Below, piece after piece: positions 20,192-30,503 of a stretch of DNA of 50,121 nt. The stretch's first letter is position 1. Each line of letters begins with the position of its first letter. The position numbers and the translations under genes were made by a program. Source of the stretch: Promethearchaeota archaeon (GTDB lineage Archaea > Asgardarchaeota > Lokiarchaeia > Sigyniarchaeales > SOKP01); NCBI GenBank assembly GCA_016839765.1, contig JAEOTP010000048.1:1-50121 (forward strand), in the 5' to 3' direction. Below the pieces are notes generated by a model that was given only the letters and a program-made list of their open reading frames with translations, was not told the DNA's origin and ran no database searches.

Positions 20192-20397
20192 CTTAAATTT
20201 TTTTTGACTCTTTAAAAATTTCAAATATTTCCTTTTCATAATCAATTGTGTCTTCTGGTAACAAAGGTCTATTATCTTGCAAAGCTTATCAAGCTTTATT
20301 AGTAATCTCATCCGGTAAGAAAATTTAAAGTTTCAGACACCAGGGCAATTTTAACTGAATTTGAAGAGATATCAACTATTAAAATCAAATTTTCCAT
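20192..20397 (-). pseudogene. Probable gene remnant: FGGY-kinase-like N-terminus followed by another protein fragment
   Basis: ATG 20397 gives MENLILIVDISSNSVKIALVSETLNFLTG*. A second frame reads PDEITNKA**ALQDNRPLLPEDTIDYEKEIFEIFKESKKI*. Confidence 0.5.
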
Positions 20398-20429
20398 AAT
20401 TTTCCCTGATATTATACTTTCTAATTTAA

Positions 20430-21065
20430 TTAAGGTTTTAGATATTTTCTTTCTACTTCTCCTCTTGGCTCTTTTTCTTCAAATAATATTGCTTGAAAAG
20501 TATAAATTTTAGTATTTTTTTCTTTCCACGCATCATCAGGTAACCATGCTTTATTACATGTATGAGTTAAAAATGTTTCTACGTCCCAGTTTCTTCCATG
20601 ATCAACAGGTACTTGAGGTAAAAGTAAGCCACGTCTAATTCCTCTTTCTACAATTAGTCCATCTCTTCCAATAACTATTTTGTTGAAGAATTCTTTTTTA
20701 TCATCCACCTTAATCAATTCTGGAGGTGTTAATATAGAAAGTTCTATTATGATATTATCCATTTCTTCAAGCGTAACAGATGGAAAACGTGGATCTTCCA
20801 GAGCGGAACTAATTGAAACTTTATGTATTACATCGTATAAAGGATAAATTGGTTCAATATAGCCAATACAACCTCTTAATGGGTTACCCGAGACATTATA
20901 TCTATTCAAGGTTATAAAAGCTCCATATTTATCTGAATAATTATTTTTAATATCATCCGGTATGAGTATCCTTCTACTTTTTACTAAATAATACTCAATA
21001 TTATCTCTTGCGAACTTTATTAGCTGTTTACCATCATCTAAACTAAAAATCTCATCCTTTGACAT
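20430..21065 (-). CDS. AMMECR1 family protein
   Basis: GAFITL, LRGCIG, EDPRF, ELSILTPP, GRDGL and GLLLPQV. Confidence 0.93.
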   Translation of the reverse strand: MSKDEIFSLDDGKQLIKFARDNIEYYLVKSRRILIPDDIKNNYSDKYGAFITLNRYNVSGNPLRGCIGYIEPIYPLYDVIHKVSISSALEDPRFPSVTLEEMDNIIIELSILTPPELIKVDDKKEFFNKIVIGRDGLIVERGIRRGLLLPQVPVDHGRNWDVETFLTHTCNKAWLPDDAWKEKNTKIYTFQAILFEEKEPRGEVERKYLKP

Positions 21066-21121
21066 ATCTTATTTAAATTTTCAATTTTTATATTAATATT
21101 ATTTCTATATTCATTTATAGT

Positions 21122-22528
21122 TTACATTCTAATTATTCTACCAGTTGGATGGCTATTTTTAACATTGATCTCTTTACCTTTTAAAAATACTTTCCAAATC
21201 TTAGCTGAAGTTAATCGATTAGAGAAATCAGAGTTTTCAAATGGAGTATATTTTGCTTTACTTCGAAATTCCTGAGAATCAATAGGGTGATCTTTGGTCT
21301 TTTCAACAATAATTAAATCAGCAAAATAATTTTTTTTAATAAAACCTTTCCGTTTCAAATTAAATCTTTTAGCAGGATTTTCTATCGCTGCCCGAACGAA
21401 ATTTCTTAGTTGTAATCGATTCCGAAAAACTTTATCTAGCAATAAAAGTAGATAAGTTTCAAATCCAGGAAATCCAGAGGGAGCTTCAAAAAATGGGTAA
21501 GATTTTTCTTCAATTGTATGTGGTGCGTGATCAGTTCCAATAAATTTTATATCTCCTTTCTTTAATTGATTAAATAAAAATTTGGAATGTGATTTACGTC
21601 TTAAAGGAGGGAGAACCTTACCATACGCCGGATTTTCTAAATTAATATTATAATTTAATAACATATGATGGGGAGTAACTTCATAAGTGATAATAGAAGC
21701 ATAACTATTGTAATAAACGTAAAAATTATTCAATTCTTTAATGCTTTCCTTACAACTAATATGACAAAAATGAATAATTGGGTATTTTTCCGGTGGTAAC
21801 TTAAATTTTTTAACTACTTCATAGCAGTTATCTAAAATAAATCTAATAAACTTAGCTTCATGCTTATTTGGATGGAATTTATTATGAATTTTTAATAAAT
21901 TTCCTTTTTGTATATTAATATCACGTAATTTCTCTTTATATGTATTTGAAGAAGGCCAATCGGGATGAATAAAAATAGGAAATTGAAGTTTTGAAGAAAG
22001 TTTAATTAATTTTTGTATATTTGATTGATTAGTCCAATCATTATCAGTTAATGGTTTCAATGGATAGATTTTAAAGCCTATGACTCCTAATTCAATAATT
22101 CTTTTTATTTCTTCCTCGTTGATTCCTTCAGGTACGCCTGCAATAAATCCTATATCTATGTAAATATTATTCTTAGCTTTATTCATCCAAGCTTTTACCC
22201 GATCTGAGGTTGTGGCAGGAGGAATTGTATTGGGCATATTAAAAGCTGTTGTGATACCTGAAAAAGCTGCTGCTTTTGTTCCAGTTCTAAATGTTTCTTT
22301 TTCAATCTGTCCCATATCTCTTAAATGAGAATGGATATCAATGATACCAGGTAAAATCAGTCTTTGGCCACAATCAATTTCAATACCATCGTTGTTTTTA
22401 TCCCTAAATGTATTTAAAATATTACTAGATGGCTCAAAAAATATCGAATCAATAATTTCATTTTGAATTAATAAAATGGCTTTACGAAATTCTCCATTTG
22501 TATAAATTTTTACGTTTTTTAAAATCAT
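21122..22528 (-). CDS. pyrC: Dihydroorotase (amidohydrolase family)
   Basis: PGIIDIHSHLRD, MPNTIP, HFCHIS, EVTPHH, KVLPPLR and GTDHAPH. Confidence 0.85.
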   Translation of the reverse strand: MILKNVKIYTNGEFRKAILLIQNEIIDSIFFEPSSNILNTFRDKNNDGIEIDCGQRLILPGIIDIHSHLRDMGQIEKETFRTGTKAAAFSGITTAFNMPNTIPPATTSDRVKAWMNKAKNNIYIDIGFIAGVPEGINEEEIKRIIELGVIGFKIYPLKPLTDNDWTNQSNIQKLIKLSSKLQFPIFIHPDWPSSNTYKEKLRDINIQKGNLLKIHNKFHPNKHEAKFIRFILDNCYEVVKKFKLPPEKYPIIHFCHISCKESIKELNNFYVYYNSYASIITYEVTPHHMLLNYNINLENPAYGKVLPPLRRKSHSKFLFNQLKKGDIKFIGTDHAPHTIEEKSYPFFEAPSGFPGFETYLLLLLDKVFRNRLQLRNFVRAAIENPAKRFNLKRKGFIKKNYFADLIIVEKTKDHPIDSQEFRSKAKYTPFENSDFSNRLTSAKIWKVFLKGKEINVKNSHPTGRIIRM

Positions 22529-22541
22529 TTCTAAAATTATT

Positions 22542-23183
22542 TCAAGATAGAAGTTGTTGATCTATAATAAAATTAATAAATAAAATTATATCTTCAATAG
22601 TTTTTACTTTGGGAAGCATTAGAAATTTTAAATCAATCTTTTTTTTTATTAAGCTAATAAAATCAGAAGCTTTTGATTCATTGAGAAAAATTGGTAAAAT
22701 ATAAAGGTATTCATTTAGTGATTTTAAATTTAGAAATTCTTTATGATTTAATGAAATCTGGCTTTTATAGTTACCATTTACTATAATTATTTTATTTTCA
22801 CTTATCTCCTTTATAAATTGAAGACCTTTTTGAAAATCTCCTAATTTTTTTACAATAATTCCAGGAGTAGATTTAATCCATTTATGACGAATTTTAATTT
22901 CATTAAGTTTCATTATTGCTTTATTTAAGAGTAATGCTTGAGATCTTTCATCTGAGCCCAAGAATCTTAATTTATTTCCTTGAAATTTTATTAAACTTAA
23001 AGTTTTGTAAAAAAAAAAAATCAAATTATTTTGTTTTCTAATTGAAAAAGAAAGACAAAAAGCTTCTCTTATAGATGAACATAATCTATAAATCTCAAGA
23101 GGAGTAAATCCATAGTCGATATCTTTCTTAGAGTAATAAGGAATATCTTCAATTAATAATAAAAAATTAACCAAATTTATCAA
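22542..23183 (-). CDS. Divergent TrmY-like (tRNA pseudouridine-54 N1-methyltransferase, SPOUT) protein
   Basis: AFCLSFSIR, LRFLGSDERS and STPGIIV resemble TrmY; adjacent to srp54; C-terminal knot motifs not evident. Confidence 0.6.
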   Translation of the reverse strand: MINLVNFLLLIEDIPYYSKKDIDYGFTPLEIYRLCSSIREAFCLSFSIRKQNNLIFFFYKTLSLIKFQGNKLRFLGSDERSQALLLNKAIMKLNEIKIRHKWIKSTPGIIVKKLGDFQKGLQFIKEISENKIIIVNGNYKSQISLNHKEFLNLKSLNEYLYILPIFLNESKASDFISLIKKKIDLKFLMLPKVKTIEDIILFINFIIDQQLLS

Positions 23184-23198
23184 ATAGTATATTAATTT

Positions 23199-24566
23199 TT
23201 AGAACTTAAAATCTTTCCCTAATTTACTAAAGAAAGAAGGATCTATTTTACCCATTCCAGGAAAACCTTTTCCTTTCTTTTGTAACTGTAAAAATCGCTT
23301 CATAAATTTTTTCATTTGATTATATTGGTCTAGCATTCGATTAATTACAGAGTAATCTGTACCACTGCCTATTGCTATCCGACGTTTTCTTGTTTTCTTA
23401 ATTATCTTTGGATTTTCTTTTTCTTCCGCTGTCATTGAATTTAAAAGAACTTCCCATCTTTCTAAATTCCTCTCAGCGTCATCTTTTAAAGCATCGGGAA
23501 TATTACCCCCTCCGACCATTGCTAAAATTTGTTTCATCTTGCCAACTTTTTTTATTGATTTAAGTTGATAATATAAATCATCAAGAGTAAACTTTCCCCG
23601 CATCATCCTTTTAGCCATTTCTGGATCTATTTCAACCTCTGCTTCTTGAACCCTTTTTACTAAACTTTCTAAGTCAGGGATGCCTAATAAAGTTCCAACG
23701 AAAGATGTTGAATCAAATTCTTCGAAATCATCTATTTTTTCGCCTACACCTATAAATCTTATAGGCTGATTTGTTGCTGAACACGCAGACAGAGCACCAC
23801 CACCTTTAGCGGTTCCATCTAATTTAGTTACTATTATACTTCCTATTTTTGTGGTTTTAGCAAATTCTTCTGCTTGGGAATAAGCTTGTTGACCTAAAGT
23901 CCCATCAATTACTAAAATCACTTCATTTGGTTTTAATGATTGTTCAATTTGTGACATTTCTTTCATTAATTCTTTTTCTTCCTTATGACGTCCAGCGGTA
24001 TCAACAATAATAATGTCATGCCCTTCATTTATCGCTTTTTTTGTTTCTCTTACAGCAAGTTTAATAGCATTTTTCTCATTTGGATTGCCATAACATTTAA
24101 CTCCAATCTGATCTGTTAATTGAACAAGTTGTTCATATGCTCCAGGTCTATATGTGTCTGTTGTAACCGCTGCTACTTTATAACCCTTGTTTTTATAAAA
24201 CCTTGATAATTTTGCCACTGAAGTGGTTTTTCCAGATCCTTGTATTCCCACAAGTAGAATTACATTACTTTTTCCAGGTTTAATTCTAATTGGTGCAGGT
24301 TTCCCACCTAAAGTTTTTATTAATTCATTATGTACTAATGTAATAACAAATTCCTTCCGTTTTGCTTTTGTGAGATGAGTGTCCATAGCTTCTTTTTTAA
24401 TATTTTCAGTCATTTCGAATACTAATTCGACTTTTACATCTGCACTTAGCAAACTTCTCTGTAAATCTGTGATTAAATCATTAATTGCATTCTTATCAAC
24501 CAAAGGTAGTCTTCTTATCTTTCTTAATGCTTGATCTAAGGAGCGTCCTAATTTTTCAAGTACCAT
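23199..24566 (-). CDS. srp54: Signal recognition particle GTPase SRP54
   Basis: GIQGSGKTT, DTAGR and TKLDGTAKGGGALS, plus a Met-rich M domain. Confidence 0.97.
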   Translation of the reverse strand: MVLEKLGRSLDQALRKIRRLPLVDKNAINDLITDLQRSLLSADVKVELVFEMTENIKKEAMDTHLTKAKRKEFVITLVHNELIKTLGGKPAPIRIKPGKSNVILLVGIQGSGKTTSVAKLSRFYKNKGYKVAAVTTDTYRPGAYEQLVQLTDQIGVKCYGNPNEKNAIKLAVRETKKAINEGHDIIIVDTAGRHKEEKELMKEMSQIEQSLKPNEVILVIDGTLGQQAYSQAEEFAKTTKIGSIIVTKLDGTAKGGGALSACSATNQPIRFIGVGEKIDDFEEFDSTSFVGTLLGIPDLESLVKRVQEAEVEIDPEMAKRMMRGKFTLDDLYYQLKSIKKVGKMKQILAMVGGGNIPDALKDDAERNLERWEVLLNSMTAEEKENPKIIKKTRKRRIAIGSGTDYSVINRMLDQYNQMKKFMKRFLQLQKKGKGFPGMGKIDPSFFSKLGKDFKF

Positions 24567-24726
24567 TGTTTTATCGTTTGTAATTTTATATGCTAATAAT
24601 TAATATTTTTAAAAACTAATATTTTTTTTTGACTAAAAATAATAATATATAAAATAGAAATGTGAAAATTAAAAATATTCGTATAAGATTTTTATCAAAT
24701 TTATATATATGAGGAGTTAAGAAATA

Positions 24727-25155
24727 ATGAGTATAAGAAGGACTGAAATACAAAAGTTAAAAACTGGACAATACATCATGGTTGAGGAAGAACCATGTCA
24801 AATTAAGAGTACGGAAAGATCTAAAAGTGGAAAACACGGTCATGCTAAAGTTAGAGTTGTATGCATAGGAATTTTTGATAATAATAAGAGGTCTTTAACC
24901 ATCCCTTCAGGGCACATGGTTGAAGTTCCAGAGATAATTAAAGGTAATGCTCAAATTAACTTTATAGAAGATACTTTAATTAACATTATGGATCTTGAAT
25001 CTTATGAGTCTCTTGATGTTCTTTGGCCTTCAGATGAGGGATTAGTTTCTAAATTAAAAGATTTACAAAAAAATCCCGCCAAATTATCATCAGCTCAAGT
25101 TGAATACTGGCAGATTGCTGGGAAAACTTTAATGAACAGAGTTATTGTTAGTTAA
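24727..25155 (+). CDS. eif5a: Translation factor aIF5A
   Basis: Hypusine motif SKSGKHGHAK. Confidence 0.96.
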   Translation: MSIRRTEIQKLKTGQYIMVEEEPCQIKSTERSKSGKHGHAKVRVVCIGIFDNNKRSLTIPSGHMVEVPEIIKGNAQINFIEDTLINIMDLESYESLDVLWPSDEGLVSKLKDLQKNPAKLSSAQVEYWQIAGKTLMNRVIVS

Positions 25156-25269
25156 AGTCCTTATTTATTTTGTTTAAGAAAAAATCAAAAATTTTATTTT
25201 TCTTTAATTTATTATTTTTTTTAAAAATTACAGTTTCTTATAAAAATCATAATTAAAAACCTGAGTCTA

Positions 25270-26196
25270 ATGGAGAAAAAGGCAGTATCTTTAGCATGTA
25301 GAATGGATTCAGAAAGAGCCATTAAATTAACTAAGAGGATATTTGAATACCTTGTTAAAAAAGGGGAAGTTGTCCAATTAGAGACAAGAATTGCTCCTAA
25401 AATTTTTCCACATAGTGGAAAAGATTTAAGTGAAATGACTGAGGTAAATACAAAATTCATTGTATCTACTGGTGGAGATGGCACAATTCTAAGAGTAGCG
25501 AGTAGTTTACCACAGCGTAATGCTCCTCCAATATTAGGAGTAAATATAGGATCGATTGGTTTTTTAGATGAATCAAATGAGAGAACAGTCTTTAATGATC
25601 TTAATAGAACTTTAAATAATGAGTATATAATTGAAAAATGTACCAAAATAACCCCATACTTAGTAAAGAATTCTGAGGAAATCAAACTTAATAATGCTTT
25701 GAATGAAATATTAATTGTCTCATCAAAAAGCTCAAAAGTTCTACAAATATCTGTAAAAATCGATGGAGTGTTTTTAAACAGGAGCTATTTAGATGGAGTA
25801 ATAATATCTACATCAGTAGGATCCACTGCATATAATCTTAGTGCTGGGGGTGCAATAGTAAAATCTCCATTAGAAATTATGCAAATAACTCCACTAAATA
25901 GCTTCGCTAGATCTGGATTAAAACCTATAGTTTTACCAATTACTAGTGAGGTTGAGATACAGTTATTAAGACCTCGCTTAAATGCCAAAATTGTAATAGA
26001 TGGTCAACGTACTTTCAAAAAAATCCAGCCAAAAACAGTTATTAAAATTCGTAAGGCAAATTCTCATATAAAATTTATACGCCTTTCAAAAAATTTAAGT
26101 GAAAATTATTTTAAACGTTTGAGAAAAAAAATTATAGGTACTTTAAGGGTTCCCCTTGATGACAGTCCCGAAGAAGAATTCAATTCTAGTTATTGA
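25270..26196 (+). CDS. nadK: NAD+ kinase
   Basis: GGDGT, GSIGFL, ALNE and DGVIISTSVGSTAYNLSAGG. Confidence 0.95.
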   Translation: MEKKAVSLACRMDSERAIKLTKRIFEYLVKKGEVVQLETRIAPKIFPHSGKDLSEMTEVNTKFIVSTGGDGTILRVASSLPQRNAPPILGVNIGSIGFLDESNERTVFNDLNRTLNNEYIIEKCTKITPYLVKNSEEIKLNNALNEILIVSSKSSKVLQISVKIDGVFLNRSYLDGVIISTSVGSTAYNLSAGGAIVKSPLEIMQITPLNSFARSGLKPIVLPITSEVEIQLLRPRLNAKIVIDGQRTFKKIQPKTVIKIRKANSHIKFIRLSKNLSENYFKRLRKKIIGTLRVPLDDSPEEEFNSSY

Positions 26197-26713
26197 TTCT
26201 AATATTTTTTTTATAGGTATAGATCTTAATATTTTTAAAGAAATTATTTATACGACGCCTAAAATAATTGAGGAAATTGAGGTCGATAAATATCGTAACA
26301 ATAACAGGAATATTTTAAATAAAATTCAGGTTGCTATTGAAAGTAAGAAGTTGATTATAAAAGAACCGAGTATTAAATCACTTCAAATAGTCGAGGAAAA
26401 ATCCAAAGTGACAGGAGACTTTAAAGCATTATCTCTAGCTGATAAAGAATTAATAGCCTTAACTTTGGAACTTTCTATTTCTCAAAGCCAGGATGTGATT
26501 TTATACACTAATGATTATTCAATGGAAAACTTATGTTCCGAACTTAATTTAAAATTTTCCCCTTTATATAAAAAAGGAATTCAAAAGCAGATTATATTTG
26601 AAGTTTATTGTCCTCATTGTAAAAAGATTTATCAGACTGAAAATTTGTATAAGGAATGTGAAGTTTGTGGTACAAAATTAAAGCGGCGACCCAGAAAAAT
26701 TCTCAATATTTAG
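26156..26713 (+). CDS. nob1: Nob1 PIN-domain rRNA maturation endonuclease
   Basis: VIDSN, TGD..LSLAD, TNDYSMEN, and Zn ribbon CPHC..CEVCG. Confidence 0.9.
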   Translation: MMTVPKKNSILVIDSNIFFIGIDLNIFKEIIYTTPKIIEEIEVDKYRNNNRNILNKIQVAIESKKLIIKEPSIKSLQIVEEKSKVTGDFKALSLADKELIALTLELSISQSQDVILYTNDYSMENLCSELNLKFSPLYKKGIQKQIIFEVYCPHCKKIYQTENLYKECEVCGTKLKRRPRKILNI

Positions 26714-26774
26714 TGTAAAATATATATGAAAAATTAATAATATTACATGACAAATGTAATAAAAAAGATGAAAA

Positions 26775-27830
26775 ATGGGTATTAAAATAAACGAGTTAGT
26801 AAATGAAGTTAAGAGAACAATCAGATTTGAAAACCTTTTTAATAAACGTGTAGCTATCGACGCATTCAACACAATTTATCAATTTTTAGCAATAATTCGC
26901 CAAAGGGATGGTACTTTATTGATGGATGATGAGGGTAATGTAACTTCTCATCTTTCTGGATTGTTTTATAGAACTATTAATTTTTTGGAGCATAATATAA
27001 GACCCATTTTCGTGTTTGATGGCACTCCTTCAGAATTAAAACTAGATACAATAGAAGAGAGAAGAAAAATCAAAGAAGAATATAAGGAAAAAATGATTAA
27101 AGCTAAAGAAGCTGAGGATTTTAGAGAAGCAAAGAAGTATGCACAATTAACTTCGAAATTAGATAAAAATATGATTGAAGAAAGTAAAAAACTTGTAAAT
27201 TATTTTGGAATTCCTATTATAGATGCAAGTTCTGAGGGAGAAGCTCAATCAGCATATTTAGTGCAACTAGGAGATGCATGGGCATGTGCTTCACAGGATT
27301 ATGATACATTATTGTTTGGAGGAGAACGTTTAATAAGAAATTTTGCTGTGAGTAGAACTGTAAAGGTTAGAGACACTTCAAAAACCTTAGATATCGAATA
27401 TATTTCATTAGAAAAATTCTTAGAAAATTTAAAAATTACAAGAGAACAATTAGTAGAAATGGGTATATTAATAGGAACTGATTTTTTCCCTGGAGTTAAA
27501 GGAATCGGTCAACATACTGCATTGGATTTAATTAAAGAACATGGATCCTTAGAAAATATGTTAAATAGTAATATAAAGGTGAGGGGAAAAGAAATTAACA
27601 TAGATATGAAGGTAATTGATCAAATTAAACAGATATTTCTAAATCCAGACATAAAAAAAGAGTATCCGAAATTAGTATGGAAAAAAATAGACTATGAAAA
27701 GATTCAAGAATTATTAATTGAGCAACATAATTTCTCAACTCAAAGGGTAAATAATGCTCTTGAACGTTTGAAAAAACAAGAGCTTTCAAAAAGACAAGTT
27801 ACTTTAGATAGTTTTTTAAAAAAATCGTAA
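26775..27830 (+). CDS. fen: Flap endonuclease 1
   Basis: AIDAFNTIYQFL, TSHLSG, EGEAQ, SQDYD, GTDF and PIP box QVTLDSFL. Confidence 0.97.
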   Translation: MGIKINELVNEVKRTIRFENLFNKRVAIDAFNTIYQFLAIIRQRDGTLLMDDEGNVTSHLSGLFYRTINFLEHNIRPIFVFDGTPSELKLDTIEERRKIKEEYKEKMIKAKEAEDFREAKKYAQLTSKLDKNMIEESKKLVNYFGIPIIDASSEGEAQSAYLVQLGDAWACASQDYDTLLFGGERLIRNFAVSRTVKVRDTSKTLDIEYISLEKFLENLKITREQLVEMGILIGTDFFPGVKGIGQHTALDLIKEHGSLENMLNSNIKVRGKEINIDMKVIDQIKQIFLNPDIKKEYPKLVWKKIDYEKIQELLIEQHNFSTQRVNNALERLKKQELSKRQVTLDSFLKKS

Positions 27831-27917
27831 ATAACAAATTTTTACGAAACCAAAAAACTTTTACAAAATTAATATTTTATATATATGAATAAAATTAATT
27901 GTTAAGATCGATCGGAT

Positions 27918-30152
27918 ATGGATACAAAAGATAATTCTAATAGTCGAAAAGATTTAAATGAACAAAAAAGAATCACATTACGCGTTCAAAAAGCTAAAAA
28001 GAGAGATATTGGGCGTAGTATCGTTCGAATAGACCCTAAAACCATGGAACAGTTAAATATTCAAACAGGAGAGGATGTTGCGCTTTTTGGAAAAAGAGAA
28101 AGTGCTGGTACCGCATGGCCAAGTTATCCTCAAGATAATGGATTAGGAATAATTAGAATAGATTCTAGATTGAGAAAAAATACAGGCACCTCTATTGATG
28201 ATGATATAGAGATTCGTAAAGTAAAGGCTTTAGCGGCTCAAAGTATCGTTTTGGCACCATCAAGCGTAAAAATAAGAGCAAATCCTCGTTTTGAAACATT
28301 TGTTAAAAGAAAATTAAATAATTACCCTGTAACATTAGACGATTATATTAACATTTCTATAGGAATAAGCAGAGAGATTACATTTAAAGTAATAAGCTTG
28401 AAACCTAATGGAGTATGTAAAATTAAACCAGAAACACAGCTTCATATTAGTGAACACATAACTGAGGAGGAGGAAAGGGGTGCTGAATATGTCACTTATG
28501 AAGATGTAGGAGGTCTAGATAGAGAAATACAAAGAGTTAGGGAAATGGTTGAATTACCATTAAGACATCCTTCATTATTTAAACGTCTAGGAATAGACCC
28601 CCCAAAGGGCGTATTATTAAGAGGGCCTCCAGGATGCGGTAAAACTTTGTTAGCAAGAGCGGTTGCTAATGAAAGTGAAGCTCATTTTATATCTATAAAT
28701 GGCCCAGAAATAATGAGTAAATTCTATGGGGAATCTGAAAAAAAATTGAGAAAACTATTCGAAGAAGCTGAAGAAAAGAATCCTTCCATTATTTTTATTG
28801 ATGAAATTGATGCAATCGCCCCAAAGAGAGAAACTGTTACTGGAGAAGTAGAAAGAAGAGTTGTAGCTCAATTGCTCGCCCTGATGGATGGTCTACATAG
28901 CAGAGGAAAGGTTATTGTTATTGGAGCAACGAATAGGCCAAATAGTTTAGATGAAGCTTTAAGGCGCCCTGGGAGATTTGATCGTGAAATAGAAATAAAG
29001 GTACCTAATGAAAAAGGACGCCGAGAAGTTTTTCAGATTCACACGCGAAATATGCCATTAGATAAAAAAATTTCACTAAAGGAATATTCTAACATTACCC
29101 ATGGGTTTGTTGGTGCTGACATTTCCGCAGTATGTCGTGAAGCTGCTATGTCTGCTTTAAGGAGATATTTACCAGAAATAGATTTAGAATCAGAAATGAT
29201 AGATCCTGAGCTCTTAGAGAAGATTATTGTAAATAAAGATGATTTTGATGAGGCTCTCAAAGAAGTTATGCCTTCAGGAATACGAGAAGTCTTTGTTGAA
29301 GTACCTAATGTTTCTTGGGAACAAATAGGCGGACTTGATGAGTTAAAACAAAAATTAATTGAAGCTGTGGATTGGCCATTATCTCATCCTAAAATATTTT
29401 CACGGATGGGTATAAATCCTCCAAAAGGTATCCTACTATATGGCCCACCTGGATGTGGCAAAACTTTATTGGCGAGAGCAGTTGCTAATGAAAGTAAAGC
29501 AAATTTTATATCGATAAAAGGGCCAGAATTATTATCTAAGTATGTTGGAGAAAGTGAAAAGGCAATTCGAGAGATTTTTAGAAAAGCTCGAATGGCAGCA
29601 CCTTGTATAATATTCTTTGATGAATTCGATTCTATCGCACCTTCTAGAGGTAGATATACCTCTGATTCAGGAGTATCTGAAAAAGTTTTATCTCAATTTC
29701 TAACAGAATTAGATGGATTAGAAGTTAATAAAGATATAGTTGTGATCGCTGCTACAAATCGTCCCGATATTTTAGATCCAGCTTTAATTAGACCTGGAAG
29801 AATTGATCGCATTCTTCTGGTACCTGCTCCCGAAGAAGATGGAAGATTTGAAATACTAAAAATTTTCACAGAAGGTATGCCTATCACAAATGATTTTGAT
29901 TTAAAGGATATTAATAAACAGCTTAAAGGTTTTTCTGGAGCAGATATTGAGACATTATGCCGTGAGGCGGCCATGACTGCATTGAGAGAAAATATAAGAG
30001 CGAAAAAAGTAACATTTGAACATTTTGAAAAAGCGAGGGAATCAGTTTTTCCAAGTATAACCCCAGATATTATAACTTGGTATGAAAAATTTGGTGAACG
30101 ATTAAAGAATAGAATTATTGAACAATCAAAAGAAGATCGATTATTTGTATAG
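27918..30152 (+). CDS. cdc48: Cdc48/VCP-family AAA+ ATPase
   Basis: N-domain plus two AAA modules (GPPGCGKT twice, DEID/DEFD, RPGR). Confidence 0.97.
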   Translation: MDTKDNSNSRKDLNEQKRITLRVQKAKKRDIGRSIVRIDPKTMEQLNIQTGEDVALFGKRESAGTAWPSYPQDNGLGIIRIDSRLRKNTGTSIDDDIEIRKVKALAAQSIVLAPSSVKIRANPRFETFVKRKLNNYPVTLDDYINISIGISREITFKVISLKPNGVCKIKPETQLHISEHITEEEERGAEYVTYEDVGGLDREIQRVREMVELPLRHPSLFKRLGIDPPKGVLLRGPPGCGKTLLARAVANESEAHFISINGPEIMSKFYGESEKKLRKLFEEAEEKNPSIIFIDEIDAIAPKRETVTGEVERRVVAQLLALMDGLHSRGKVIVIGATNRPNSLDEALRRPGRFDREIEIKVPNEKGRREVFQIHTRNMPLDKKISLKEYSNITHGFVGADISAVCREAAMSALRRYLPEIDLESEMIDPELLEKIIVNKDDFDEALKEVMPSGIREVFVEVPNVSWEQIGGLDELKQKLIEAVDWPLSHPKIFSRMGINPPKGILLYGPPGCGKTLLARAVANESKANFISIKGPELLSKYVGESEKAIREIFRKARMAAPCIIFFDEFDSIAPSRGRYTSDSGVSEKVLSQFLTELDGLEVNKDIVVIAATNRPDILDPALIRPGRIDRILLVPAPEEDGRFEILKIFTEGMPITNDFDLKDINKQLKGFSGADIETLCREAAMTALRENIRAKKVTFEHFEKARESVFPSITPDIITWYEKFGERLKNRIIEQSKEDRLFV

Positions 30153-30224
30153 TTTCATAAATTTAAATTATAAAATATTATTTATTGACTTAATTACTAA
30201 ATACTTAATTTTAAAGTAAGGTGA

Positions 30225-30503
30225 TTGATTATCGAATCCCATCGTTGGAACCAAAAACCTGTAGTAAATTCTATTTTGGATATTTTAATAAAAAACAAAG
30301 GAGAAATTTTAGATAAGAGAATGGAGGAGCTGTTAAAAAAAGAATTTCCTTTCATAAATATGTTATTGCTAGAAGAAATTCTAATGAAGTTGGAGAGTAT
30401 GGCTATTATAAATGTATTTCGCGTATCAAAAAGTAAAAAGATGATAGTTTTTAACAAACGTAATCATGAACTAAGAGATGAACTTATAGAAGATTTAACT
30501 TAA
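30225..30503 (+). CDS. Small archaeal protein, possible winged-helix fold
   Basis: 92 aa directly after cdc48. The ILMKLESMAIINV segment suggests wHTH; the fold is inferred. Confidence 0.6.
   Translation: MIIESHRWNQKPVVNSILDILIKNKGEILDKRMEELLKKEFPFINMLLLEEILMKLESMAIINVFRVSKSKKMIVFNKRNHELRDELIEDLT

Noticed and set aside
20108-20311. 67-aa Lys/Leu-rich ORF
   Set aside because: No recognisable motif, and it overlaps a more protein-like broken frame in a probable decayed region.
25032-25092. Short insertion in the aIF5A C-terminal domain with GGGATT/AATCCC complementarity, as a possible intron
   Set aside because: No stops and no paired 3-nt bulge geometry; it reads as an ordinary helical extension.
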